NCBI RefSeq assembly: GCF_016433145.1
Contig: NC_058132.1
Coordinates: 27,802,654-27,866,653 of the forward strand
DNA length: 64,000 nucleotides
Source: Gracilinanus agilis
Lineage: Eukaryota
Reading direction: 5' to 3'
Shown here: positions 51,061 through 61,380 of the stretch, one piece after another
Layout: the number at the start of each line of letters is the position of its first letter
How positions within the stretch are numbered: position 1 is the first letter of the stretch
Position numbers and translations under genes: made by a program
Notes under the pieces: model-generated
Databases searched by the model: none
Seen by the model: only the letters and a program-made list of their open reading frames with translations
What the model was told of the DNA's origin: nothing

Positions 51061-51475
51061 TTTTTTTTTTTTTTTTTTAAACCCTTAACATGTGTATTGG
51101 CTCCTTGGTAGAAGAGTGGTAAGGGTAGGCAATGGGGGTCAAGTGACTTGCCCAAGGTCACACAGCTGGGAAGTGTCTGAGGTCAGATTTGAACCTAGGA
51201 CCTCCCGTCTCTAGGCCTGACTCTCTATCCACTGAACTACCCAGCTGCCCCCCTCTCCCTTCATTCTTTTTTTTTTTTTTTTTTAGATTTTTTTTAATTT
51301 TAAACCCTTTAACTTCTGTGTATTGACTTATAGGTGGAAGAGTGGTAAGGGTAGGCAATGGGGGTCAAGTGACCTGCCCAGGGTCACACAGCTGGGAAGT
51401 GTCTGAGGCCGGATTTGAACCTAGGACCTCCCATCTCTAGGCCAGACTCTCAATCCACTGAGCTACCCAGCTGCT
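51061..51475 (-). mobile_element. Two tandem SINE1_Mdo-like copies (51061-51251, 51270-51475)
   Basis: Each has poly-T plus reverse-complement body; 18-bp cctctcccttcattcttt occurs three times. Confidence 0.92.
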
Positions 51476-52727
51476 CCTCTCCCTTCATTCTTTATGGACA
51501 CAGATAGGCACCTCCCAGCTTGCTTCTGATAAGCATCTGTCTTGAGCTCAGATATCTAACTACCCCCTAAACTGGACAAACTCACTCCCTTTTGACTTTG
51601 GGGCATAGGACATAAGCACATGACCCATCTCCAGTCCCAGAATCCCCAAAACCTCACTCTATCACCCCACCAATATCCCATTTCTAGTCATGTAGGCCCT
51701 CTTGTCTGGAGGGTATAAGTACCCCAAACTCCATCTCTTCTGGAATGCAGTATATTCCACCTGCTCCTGCCTCCCCAGCCATTCAACCCAACAATCCAAC
51801 TTGCATTAAACTTAATAATTTTTTTTTCTATTTTTAAGCTAATTACTGGAGCTTTGTCATTCTTGAAGAAGGTGTCCCTTCCGTCCCAGGTTTTCCTAAC
51901 CAACTCTCCCACATCAATATAACTTCAGAAAACTTATGTGGAAATGTATAAATTATATGTACTTGGTAAAATAAAATACATTTATAACATAAATAATATG
52001 GAAATATTTTAAAAAGCATTTAAGTGCTTACTAGATGTCGGGCACAGTGCTAAAATACTAGGAAAACAGAAGAGGGAAAACAAGTCACACCCAGAGCTAG
52101 AAGTTAGGGTGGAGCATGCTAGGGCAGGAGCCTGAAAGAATCTGGGGAGTCCTGGGCTAGGACCAGATTTAAAACGAGTGAGGTTGGCATGGGTGTCTTC
52201 TCAAAGGGAGGTTCAGAGAGGAACTCGATCAGAGAGGCTATCAGAGATGACTGGTTACTGTTTTTCAGTGCTTTTTGGGGGGGGGGGCTTTTGTGTCCCT
52301 CGGGATTATTACAGTGCCTGGGACCTGGTAGGCACTTAAATACTTCTTAACTGAGGCATTTCTAGAGAGAGAAAAGCCTCTGCGTGGTTAGAGGGAGGCG
52401 AGATGCAGAAGAATGCCAGGAAGTCCTGGGCTAAACCAGATTTGGCATCATTTATGGGGTTTCCAACTGGACAAGCAGATTTTCCAAAAAAAGACACGGC
52501 TTGATGATAGGGGAAGAGGAAAAAGATTCTCCCTCCCCCCCCCCCCCCCTCCTCTCTGTCCCTGCCCAATCCTCTGGTAGAGGTGAAGTGCTGTGATTCA
52601 CAAAGCTGCTGCTTGCTTCAAACTTTTCAGCTCCCTAGAACTGCTCAGCTTTCATCCAGAGCAGGCGGGCTTCTCTTTTCAAGGACACCAAGGACATCCC
52701 TTCCAAGTCAATCAGAGAAATTTCTTG

Positions 52728-52925
52728 GGGAAGTTAGGAGGCTCAGTGGATGGAGAGCTTGGCCTCGAGGTGGCAAGTCCTGGGTTCGAATCTGACCTCA
52801 GACATTTCCTAGCTGGGTGACTTTGGACAAGTTGTTTAACGCCAATAACCCAGTCCTTACTACTCTTCTGCCTAGGAACCATACTCAGTATAGATTCCAA
52901 GACTGAAGGTAAGGGTTTAAAGAAC
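52728..52925 (+). mobile_element. SINE1_Mdo/MAR-like SINE
   Basis: Head, B-box ggttcgaat, core, tail gaaggtaagggttt. Confidence 0.82.
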
Positions 52926-53062
52926 AAAAAGAAGCCTCTATAAACTTTCTAAAGAGATAATATGGTCTAGATCCTCATTGGCCAAGTGGGTAGGATGCGT
53001 GCACAGCTGGCACTGTTGGGGAGCTGCTCTGCTCCCCCTCTTCCCAGCCCCCAAGAACATTT

Positions 53063-53260
53063 TTTTTTAAAATCCTCACCTTCCATCTTGGACTCAATAC
53101 TGAGTATTGGCTCCAAGGCAGAAGAGTGGTAAGGGTAGGCAATGGGGGTCAAGTGACTTGCCCAGGGTCACACAGCTGGGAAGTGTCTGAGGTCACATTT
53201 GAACCCAGGACCTCCCATCTCTAGGCCGGGCTCTCAATCCACTGAGCTACCCAGCTGCCC
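53063..53260 (-). mobile_element. SINE1_Mdo-like SINE
   Basis: Reverse complement of a full element; flanking ccccaag(a/g)acattttt. Confidence 0.88.
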
Positions 53261-54106
53261 ACCCACCCCCAAGGACATTTTTGCATGCCCCACCCCTCTA
53301 TCCAGCTGCCCAAAGCAAACACTTTCTCCCTCTACACTCTCCAGTAATGGGGGGGAGGGGCCCGGGGATCATCCCTTGAATTTACCCTCTGGGCACGCAA
53401 ACTGGGAAATGGTTTACCTACACTGGTCTTAGACACTTTCACTCTATTAACACCTTGTTAAGTCTTATCCTCTTTCCTTCCCCCTGGCTTTATTCTAAGC
53501 AAATACCCGGTACCAACAGAGTGAGTAACCAAGTCAGGGGCTTTGTTCTTCAAGTAAGACCATGTACCAGGCTCCTCTGGATTGTCTTCTTTCTCCCAGG
53601 AGGACGCTGAATAAGGAAATCTTTTCTCTTGGGAAGGTCAAATACTCCAACTCAAGAACTTTTGAATTTGGAGCTACTTATTGAGGCAACTCCCAAAGTT
53701 GGTGGCACAACACCCAATCTCCTTTCTCCAGTTAGGCTAGGCTCGGGAATCCTGCGGCTCAAGAACTAAAATCCCGCCATCCTCTACACTGGAGGCTGGG
53801 TTTCAGAAACAGCTTTCTACTCAGTTTTCCTTGCTGAATCTCCATCCAGGTTATGCCCATTATGAACAGGTATTCCATTGGGCTCTGTCCTGGACCTCCT
53901 TCTTTTCTCCCTTGAATACTATTTCATTTGGTAATCTTATTAGTCTCCACAGATTCAATTATCATGTCTATGCTGATGATCCTCAAATCTACTTTTCCTA
54001 ACCCAATCTCTGCTGACCTTCAATCTCTCATCTCCAGTGGCTTATTAGATATTTCAAAATCAATGTTCTATGGTCTTTTAAAACTCAATGGGGCTGGAGG
54101 GTGGGG

Positions 54107-54320
54107 GTGGGCAGCTGGGTGGCTCAGTGGATTGAGAGCCAGAACTAGAGACAGGAGGTTCAAATGTGACCTTAGACACTTCTTAGCTGTGTGACCCTGG
54201 GCAAGTCACTTAACCCCCATTGCCTAGCCCTTACCACTTACCAATACACAATATTGCCTCCAAGACGAAAGGTAAGGGTTTAAATTTTTTTTAATTAAAA
54301 ATTAAAAAAAACAAAAACAA
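54107..54320 (+). mobile_element. SINE1_Mdo-like SINE inserted in an L2 remnant
   Basis: Full element; flanking aaaactcaa repeat. Confidence 0.85.
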
Positions 54321-54747
54321 AAACTCAACAGGATCACAGGAAAACCTTGTACACAGTAACAGCAATATTGTGGAACGATCAAATGCGATGGACTCAGCTA
54401 CTCTCAACAATGCAATGGTCCAGGGCAGTTCTGAGGGACTCATGACAAAGAATGCTGTCCACCTCCAGTCAGAATGTGGATGAAAGCATTCAATTCTTCA
54501 CTTGTTTATTTGAGTTTATGTTTGGAGATTTTGGGGTTTTTATTCTTTTCTTTTTTTGCTCTATTTTTACATTTTTTAAAAATATTTTTCCATGTTTACA
54601 TGATATATTTTCTTTCCCTCTTCTTTTTGCTACCCACCTCCCAGAGCTGACAATCAATTCTACTGGGTTATACATGTGTTATCATTTGATACCTATTTCC
54701 ATGTTGTTCATTTTTGTAATAGAGAAATCTTTTAAAACCAAACCCCC

Positions 54748-55734
54748 ATTCCCCAATTGATAAATGGGCAAGAGACATGAATAGGCAATTTTCAGGTAAA
54801 GAAATCAAAAGTCTCAATAAGCACATGAGAAAGTGTTCTAAATCTCTAATAATTAGAGAAATGCAAATCAAAACAACTCTGCGGTATCACCTCACACCTA
54901 GCAGATTGGCTAAAATGAAAGAAGGGGAGAGTAATGAATGCTGGAGGGGATGTGGCAAAATTGGGACATTAATGCATTGCTGGTGGAGTTGTGAACTGAT
55001 CCAACCATTCTGGCTGGCAATTTGGAATCATGCTCAAAGGGCTATAAAAGAATGCCTGCCCTTTGATCCAGCCATACCATTGCTGGGTTTGTACCCCAAA
55101 GAGATCATAGATAAACAGACTTGTATGAAGATATTTATAGCTGCGCTTTTTGTGGTGGCAAAAAACTGGAAAATGAGGGTATGCCCTTCAATTGGGGAAT
55201 GGCTGAACAAACTGTGGTATATGCTGGTGATGGAATACTATTGTGCTAAAAGGAATAATAAACTGGAGGAGTTCCAGGCGAACTGGAGAGACCTCCAGGA
55301 ACTGATGCAGAGCGAAAGGAGCAGAGCCAGAAGAACATTGTACACAGAGACTGATATACTGTGGTAAAATTCGAATGCAATGGACTTCTGTACCAGCAGA
55401 AAGCAATGACACAGGACAGCTCTGAGGGATTTATGGTAAAGATGCTACCCACATTCAGAGGAAGGACTGCAGGAGAGGAAACATAAAAGAAAAACAAATG
55501 CTTGAACACATGGGCTGAGGAGGACATGATTGGGGATGTGGACTCGAAATGACCACACCAATGCAACTAACAACAATTTGGAAATAGGTCTTGAACAAGG
55601 ACACATGATAAAACCAGTGGAAATGTGCGTCGGCCATGGGTGTGGGGGGGGGTGCGGAGGGTGAAGGGGAAAGTAGGAGCATGAATCATGTAACCATGTT
55701 AAAAATGAATATTAATAAATGATTAAAAAATTAA
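54748..55734 (+). mobile_element. Young 5'-truncated L1 (ORF2 C-terminal Cys-rich domain, 3'UTR, poly-A)
   Basis: Open ORF 54777-55367 (REMQIKTTLRYHLTP...CWRGCGKIGTLMHCWW); 14-bp TSD aaaaccaaaccccc (54734-47, 55735-48) at a TT|AAAA site. Confidence 0.95.
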
Positions 55735-56934
55735 AAAACCAAACCCCCAAATCATATACACTATATGATTATTTTCTTACAAAAACAAACAATATGGAAA
55801 TATATTTTGCATTATAATAAGTGTATAACCCAGATCAAATTGCTTGCCAGCTCTGGGAGGGGGGAAAGAAGGAGGGAGGGAGACAATTTGGATCATATCA
55901 CTTTGGAAAACTTGCGTGGAAATTTGTTATTACAAGTAATTGGTAAAATTAAATTAAATTAAAAATCAAAATCAAACTCAACAGGTTCAAACTCATTATT
56001 TTTTTTCTTTAAATCCTTTCTCCTTTCTTAACTTTGCTGAACATGGCTTTTCCTAACTACTACACTGTGATCAGGGTGTATCCACCTTGGGGACCAGCAC
56101 AGCCAACATAGACACTTAACAATTGATATTTTATCTTTCATTTGGGGAGAGAACCAACGACATCATGGGGTGGTGTCTTGACTTGCTCGGGAACTGGATT
56201 TAAGTGACACAGAGTTGCACAAAGTCATCAGCTTCGATCTCTCTCCAGAGTTCAGTGACAAGTCAAAAGTCAGGATGATAGTCCTGGATGCAGTGGATGA
56301 CCTGGGCATCTTCAACGTCTGACCCAAGCTCTAAGAACTCCATAGTGCCTGTTTCAGATATTGTCGTGGCCACTGGAACAAATTATTCTTATCTGAGTGA
56401 TAATTTGAGTGAGGATTTGAGTGATAATATTTATATATAACCCAATGAAATTCCTTGTCAACCCTGGAGGGGGAAGGGTAGAGGGGAGGAAGACAACAAG
56501 AATCATGTAATCATGGGGGAAAATTAAAAAGAAAAGAAAAATTCACAAAAAGGATAACTTGTCCGTTTAAACAAATCAATTTCAAAATTCTGAAATGTTT
56601 TTTTTTATCTGAACTTTACAAACACCAAATAAAATGAGCATCTCCATATACAAAGTAGGAGAGAAAAAGATTTCAAACAAAACTGCAAATCTCTACTACA
56701 TATAACTTGCTTTTTTTTTTTTTGTTAAGTATATAACAACTTCAATGCATAACTTTCAAAGCGATTCCACTTTTCTCTTTTTCCTTCTGACCATCATTTT
56801 CTTCTCTTCTGTACAACAACCCTCTCTTCTTTCTATTTTTTTCTTTTCTTTTGGTAATTCTATTGTTAATTGCAGCCTCCCCTCCTCTCCCTTCACCCTG
56901 CCCCCCCACTGAAAAAGAAGTATACTAGTGAGAG

Positions 56935-57670
56935 TAGTTAGTGGCTCAGTGGATGGAGAACCAGACCTAGAGATGGGAAATCATAGGTTCAAATCTGGCC
57001 TCAAACATTTCCAAGCTGTGTGACCCTGTGTGAACCTTACTGTTCTTCTGCCTGGGAATGGAGACTTAGTATGGATTTTAAAACAGAAGGTAAGGTTTAT
57101 TTTTTATTTTTTAATAATTTTTTTTTAACCCTTGTACTTCGGTGTATTGTCTCATAGGTGGAAGATTGGTAAGGGTGGGCAATGGGGGTCAAGTGACTTG
57201 CCCAGGGTCACACAGCTGGGAAGTGGCTGAGGCCGGGTTTGAACCTAGGACCTCCTGTCTCTAGGCCTGACTCTCAATCCACTGAGCTACCCAGCTGCCC
57301 CTAATGCAACGTTTTTTACTTAATTTTGTATTTTAAGATATATTTGATTTTTCAGGATTTCTGTTTAGTTGAGGGTTTAATTTAGTTTTTGATTTGTTGG
57401 TTTCCCAATTTTTTGTTGTTGCATACCCAATTTATTGATCTACTCTTTCTTTTTTAAGTGTTTTTTTTTAAACCCTTGTACTTTCGGTGTATTGTCTCAT
57501 AGGTGGAAGATTGGTAAGGGCGGGCAATGGGGGTCAAGTGACTTGCCCAGGGTCACACAGCTGGGAAGTGGCTGAGGCCGGGTTTGAACCTAGGACCTCC
57601 TGTCTCTAGGCCTGACTCTCACTCCACTGAGCTACCCAGCTGCCCCCTGAAGGTAAGGTTTAAAAAAAAA
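56935..57670 (+). mobile_element. Older plus-strand SINE with a minus-strand SINE-spacer-SINE block (57100-57648) inserted in its tail
   Basis: 14-bp repeat gaaggtaaggttta at 57086-99 and 57649-62 flanks two near-identical SINE copies. Confidence 0.85.
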
Positions 57671-58741
57671 AGAAAGAAAGAAAAAAGGAAAGAAAACCTT
57701 TGTTTGAAAGATATATAAATACATATATATGTCTACACACACATACAAGCAAAAGAAAGTCACAAGTTGATCATCTCAAAAGTGTATGTCTCCTTTTGTA
57801 CCCTGAGTCAGTGATCAGCTCTCTGTCCGGAGGTGGGCAGCATTCTTCAGCACTGGTCATCTAGAATCATGGGTAATCCCATTGATCAGAGATCACAGAT
57901 CTTCCAAAGTTCTTCTCCCCTCCCCCCCAATCCATTGTTGATGTTATTGTCTGAATTGCTTACTTCATCTTGTATTAGTTCATCCACATCTTTTCAGCTT
58001 TCTCTGAAACTGACCCCTTTGTCGTTCTTTATAGCCCAATTGGATTCCATCACATTCAAATCACAGCTTACCACATGCCATCACTTGTTCAGACGTTCTC
58101 CAGGTAATGGAAACTGGTTTAGTTTCTGGTTCTTTGTTACTTCTGATATAAATAATCCTCTACAGATGTGCCTTTCTTTCTTCCTTTGACTTCTTGTGCT
58201 ATAGGTCTAGCTGTGGTATCACTGAGTTTAAAAGCTATTCATCATTTAATGACTTTGGGGGCATAGTTCCAAGTTGTTTTACCAAATCATTGGGTCAATT
58301 CCCAGGCAAGGCAATAAGGGCTTCTAGGTGTGCTGAATATTGGGGATACCTATACAAGCAAAAAGAAAGTCCCTGCCTTCAAAGAGTCTACATTCTAATG
58401 TAATACCACACACAAAAGGGAGCTGAAGGGGAGTAGTGAGGGTACCCTGGAGGACAAAAGTGGGAGCCTGGTGCGGGAGGCTGGATGAAGGGACTTCCCT
58501 AAAATAGAAGTTAGGGGTGAGGTGGGGAGGGAGAATGGGAGAAGGGGACCAACATAGCCAAAGGATGTTCCAGGATATAAAGGCCACAGGAAGAGATGGA
58601 TGTTTTCAGCTCCAATATGTTAATAATTTCTATGTTCCTGTAGCCCTCCAGTAATAATCGCTTTTCTTTTTTAAAAAATGCATTTAAAGATCAATCTTAT
58701 AGGGGACAACTGGGTGGCTCAGTGGATTAAGAGCCAGGCCT

Positions 58742-58903
58742 TGAAAAAATAAAGTGGGTGGTTAAATACATATAAGTGGGTTGGTGGTATAATGATTGAA
58801 AGTTATTAGATGATTTCTTGGTTCTTGATAGTCCTTGGGCAGTAACTTAAAATCTTATAGATCCGGGAAAGGATTCAAGGTAACAGTAACAGGGTTTATT
58901 ATT
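58742..58903 (-). mobile_element. R/U5-like end of an older LTR, truncating a SINE head (58702-58741)
   Basis: Minus strand AATAAA...TTTTTCA abuts a SINE 5' fragment. Confidence 0.4.
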
Positions 58904-59242
58904 TATCCGGATCCAGCCGGATACAACCGCGAGAGACCCGTGAGTCAGCCACCTGGAAGAACCATAGGGGGAGAGAAGGGAGACCGAGGCGCAATAAAGA
59001 CAAATCAGTCTTAATTGTGACAAGGCTCGTTTATTGTGTGCAGGGAGTGGGTTTATATGCTTCTAGGGCTGGGGTAAGGAATTTTCCAATGGTTTCAGGC
59101 CATTGGTCTCGCCACGCCTATCCCGGATGAAGATGGATAAGTTTCTATTCCTAACATAAGTTTCGTTTCTTGGGAAACCCTTCACTAAGTTTTGTTTCTA
59201 TGGTCTCTATGGTTTTTAGGTTTCGATCCTTGGTCTCTGACA
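58904..59242 (-). mobile_element. 3' LTR of a betaretrovirus-like ERV
   Basis: Starts TG directly after the PPT; CCAAT (59102-06), TATAAA (59052-57) and AATAAA (59030-35) closely spaced; end ...GGATCCGGATA (CA decayed or boundary slightly off). Confidence 0.85.
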
Positions 59243-59243
59243 A

Positions 59244-59263
59244 TTCCCCCTTTCTTTTCTTTT
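59244..59263 (-). other. Retroviral polypurine tract
   Basis: Minus strand AAAAGAAAAGAAAGGGGGAA immediately before the LTR TG. Confidence 0.88.
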
Positions 59264-59363
59264 AAAGAGGCGATTTTGCCAGGACCGCAGCGACGGCCCC
59301 TGTCTTAGGCTACACAGGGGGAGTTACTTGGCCATCAAGGGTCAAGGACCTGTGCTAATCCCG

Positions 59364-59790
59364 TCATTGGGTTACCGCCCTGCCGGTGAAACGGAGACGG
59401 TCACTGTCAGGCAAGGTGTGTGGCCGTTCAGTGTCTGTTATTTCTATGTGATGGTATTGGACCATAGGGTACTTAGTGAGGGCCGAGTCAATTCTTGTTT
59501 TGATAAATCCGGTCAGGCGTTGGAAAGCCCAAGGGCCAAAGGTGAGGACTAGAAGGAAGATAATAAGGGGGCTAAAATGGTGGGGATCAGGGTAGAAAGC
59601 CAAGGGGAACCTTTTAGGAGATTGTTAAACCATTCTTCCTGAGCCTCGGCCTCCCTTTTTCTTAGGGCAAGGCGTTCTAGTAATTTTGCCATAGATTCCC
59701 TTACAATGCCAGTGTGGTCTGCGTAAAAACAACATTCTTCTTTCAGGGCTGCGCATAGTCCGCCCTCTTTCAAAAAAAGGAGGTCGAGAC
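59364..59790 (-). pseudogene. env: ERV env transmembrane subunit C-terminal part, gamma-type, frameshifted near 59570
   Basis: [33 protein letters not shown] (end of ISD plus CX6CC); continues as [16 protein letters not shown] in another frame. Confidence 0.92.
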
Positions 59791-60300
59791 AGCGGAACGC
59801 CCCTCCGCATCCAGTGTGAGGAAGTTAAGAACAAAAAGGGCATGTGCAAGAAGCAGAGTCTGATTGCCACACAATGGGTAAAGGATCTCTTGGGACTTGA
59901 GTTTAAAAAGGGTGTTCTTAAGGGTTTGATTTGCTTGTTCAACAATGCCTTGTCCTTGTGGGTTATAAGGGATGCCCGTAACATGTTTTATGCCTAACTG
60001 AGAACAGAATTGTTTAAAGGCCTGGCTGGTATAGCGGGGGCCATTATCTGTTTTGAGGGAGAGGGGCTTTCCCATCATGGACATGGCAAGGAACATATGC
60101 TTGATAACATGCCTGGTGGCTTCGCCAGGCTGTGCAGATGCAAAAAGAAAACCGCTAAACGTGTCAATGGAAACATGGATATACTTGAGTTTAGCGAAAG
60201 AAGGGACGTGGGTGACGTCCATTTGCCATAGGTCACCGGGGAGAAGGCCACGGGGGTTAATCCCTAGATGGGGTTCAGGCAAAAGAGTAACACAAGAAAA
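59791..60300 (-). pseudogene. pol: ERV integrase catalytic core, betaretrovirus type, truncated at both ends
   Basis: GINPRGLLPGDLWQMDVTH...KTDNGP...TGIPYNPQGQGIVEQAN; D-D-E triad present; ~169 codons without a stop. Confidence 0.93.
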
Positions 60301-61150
60301 TTTAGTACAAGAAAAACTGATATTAAACCTTAACATTTGGGTATCTTTGCCAACATACTTCATCCCCAGAAATCATTCTTGGATAAGAATTGATCCTTCT
60401 AGGAAGTTTGATTCCTAAGTTGTTTGCAGAGTTGACAAGTGATGTTTCTGTTACAAAATATCCTTTTGCAAAGCTCACATTAATAGGACATCTATAAATA
60501 CTTGAATTATTATTTTACAAATAAATTTCTTTATCTCCCAGATTCTGGAGGAAATCCAGAAAGTTTCGGGTTATATTTCCAAGCTCAAGATCTAATACTT
60601 CAATTGTGGTAAACTAAAGCTGCAAGCTACAAGTCATCTATCACTAACTTCATCTACTTCTCAAAGCATGTTCCCTAACAATTTGATAATTTCCAATTAT
60701 CTACCTAATAGGTTGTTTGGGGAAATGGAAACTTTAATTGTATAATTTGCCTCATGTGCTGATTATGGGACTTGTCACAAAAAACAAACAGGGAAAACAT
60801 TTCCTCATATCCCTACAAGACTGATCACTCAGTTATTCTTACATATTTTGGTAATAATTAACATCTCACACTTAAGTCACAAAACCTGAATTAAGGAACA
60901 GGAGTGCTGGATTGAGTAGCTTCATAGTAAATATAAAACAGGGCTGTATTATCTCCTGAAACAGATATTAGTTTGAACTCCATAACTTACAAATAACTTT
61001 AAGTCCTTTAGCAATCTTTCAGTATATAAACAAAATGAATTTCAAAGCATTTACTCTTATTCCTTTCAAACTTCTCTTTAAAACAGAATATAATAGAATC
61101 TCCAGTTTAGTTTCCTTTTACTTAATAATACAGGTTCTAAGAATTTGGTA

Positions 61151-61380
61151 ATACACAAGAAGTCTTCAAAGTGGTTAATCTATGCATGGGTTTCAATAAG
61201 TAATTTTCAAAAGATGGAGTTTCCAATAGACAAACAAACAATAGATGGTAGAATTCACATCTATTATTTATTTATCCATTAGAAACTCCATCCTTTACTT
61301 CAAAACATTGCTACATAGCTGATCAAATACCACTTTAAAACCCATGCATAGATCAACCACTCCAAAAACTTCCTCTGTAT
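61151..61380 (-). other. Long two-stem RNA hairpin (outer 35-bp core stem, inner 35-bp stem with 10-nt loop)
   Basis: 61159-61193 pairs with 61338-61372; 61213-61247 pairs with 61258-61292; every arm difference in these cores is a G.U pair on the minus strand. Confidence 0.85.

Noticed and set aside
51043-51493. CRISPR-like repeat-spacer pattern (18-bp repeat x3)
   Set aside because: Mammalian DNA; the 'spacers' are SINE copies and the repeats are TSDs
53460-53640. Donor (aga|gtgagt, 53521) and acceptor (tcccag|gag, 53599) pair resembling an IFNL exon 1-2 remnant
   Set aside because: Translation shows no IFNL motifs and hits a stop after four codons
54777-55367. 196-aa ORF as a host gene
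   Set aside because: C-terminus of L1 ORF2 within a TSD-flanked truncated L1
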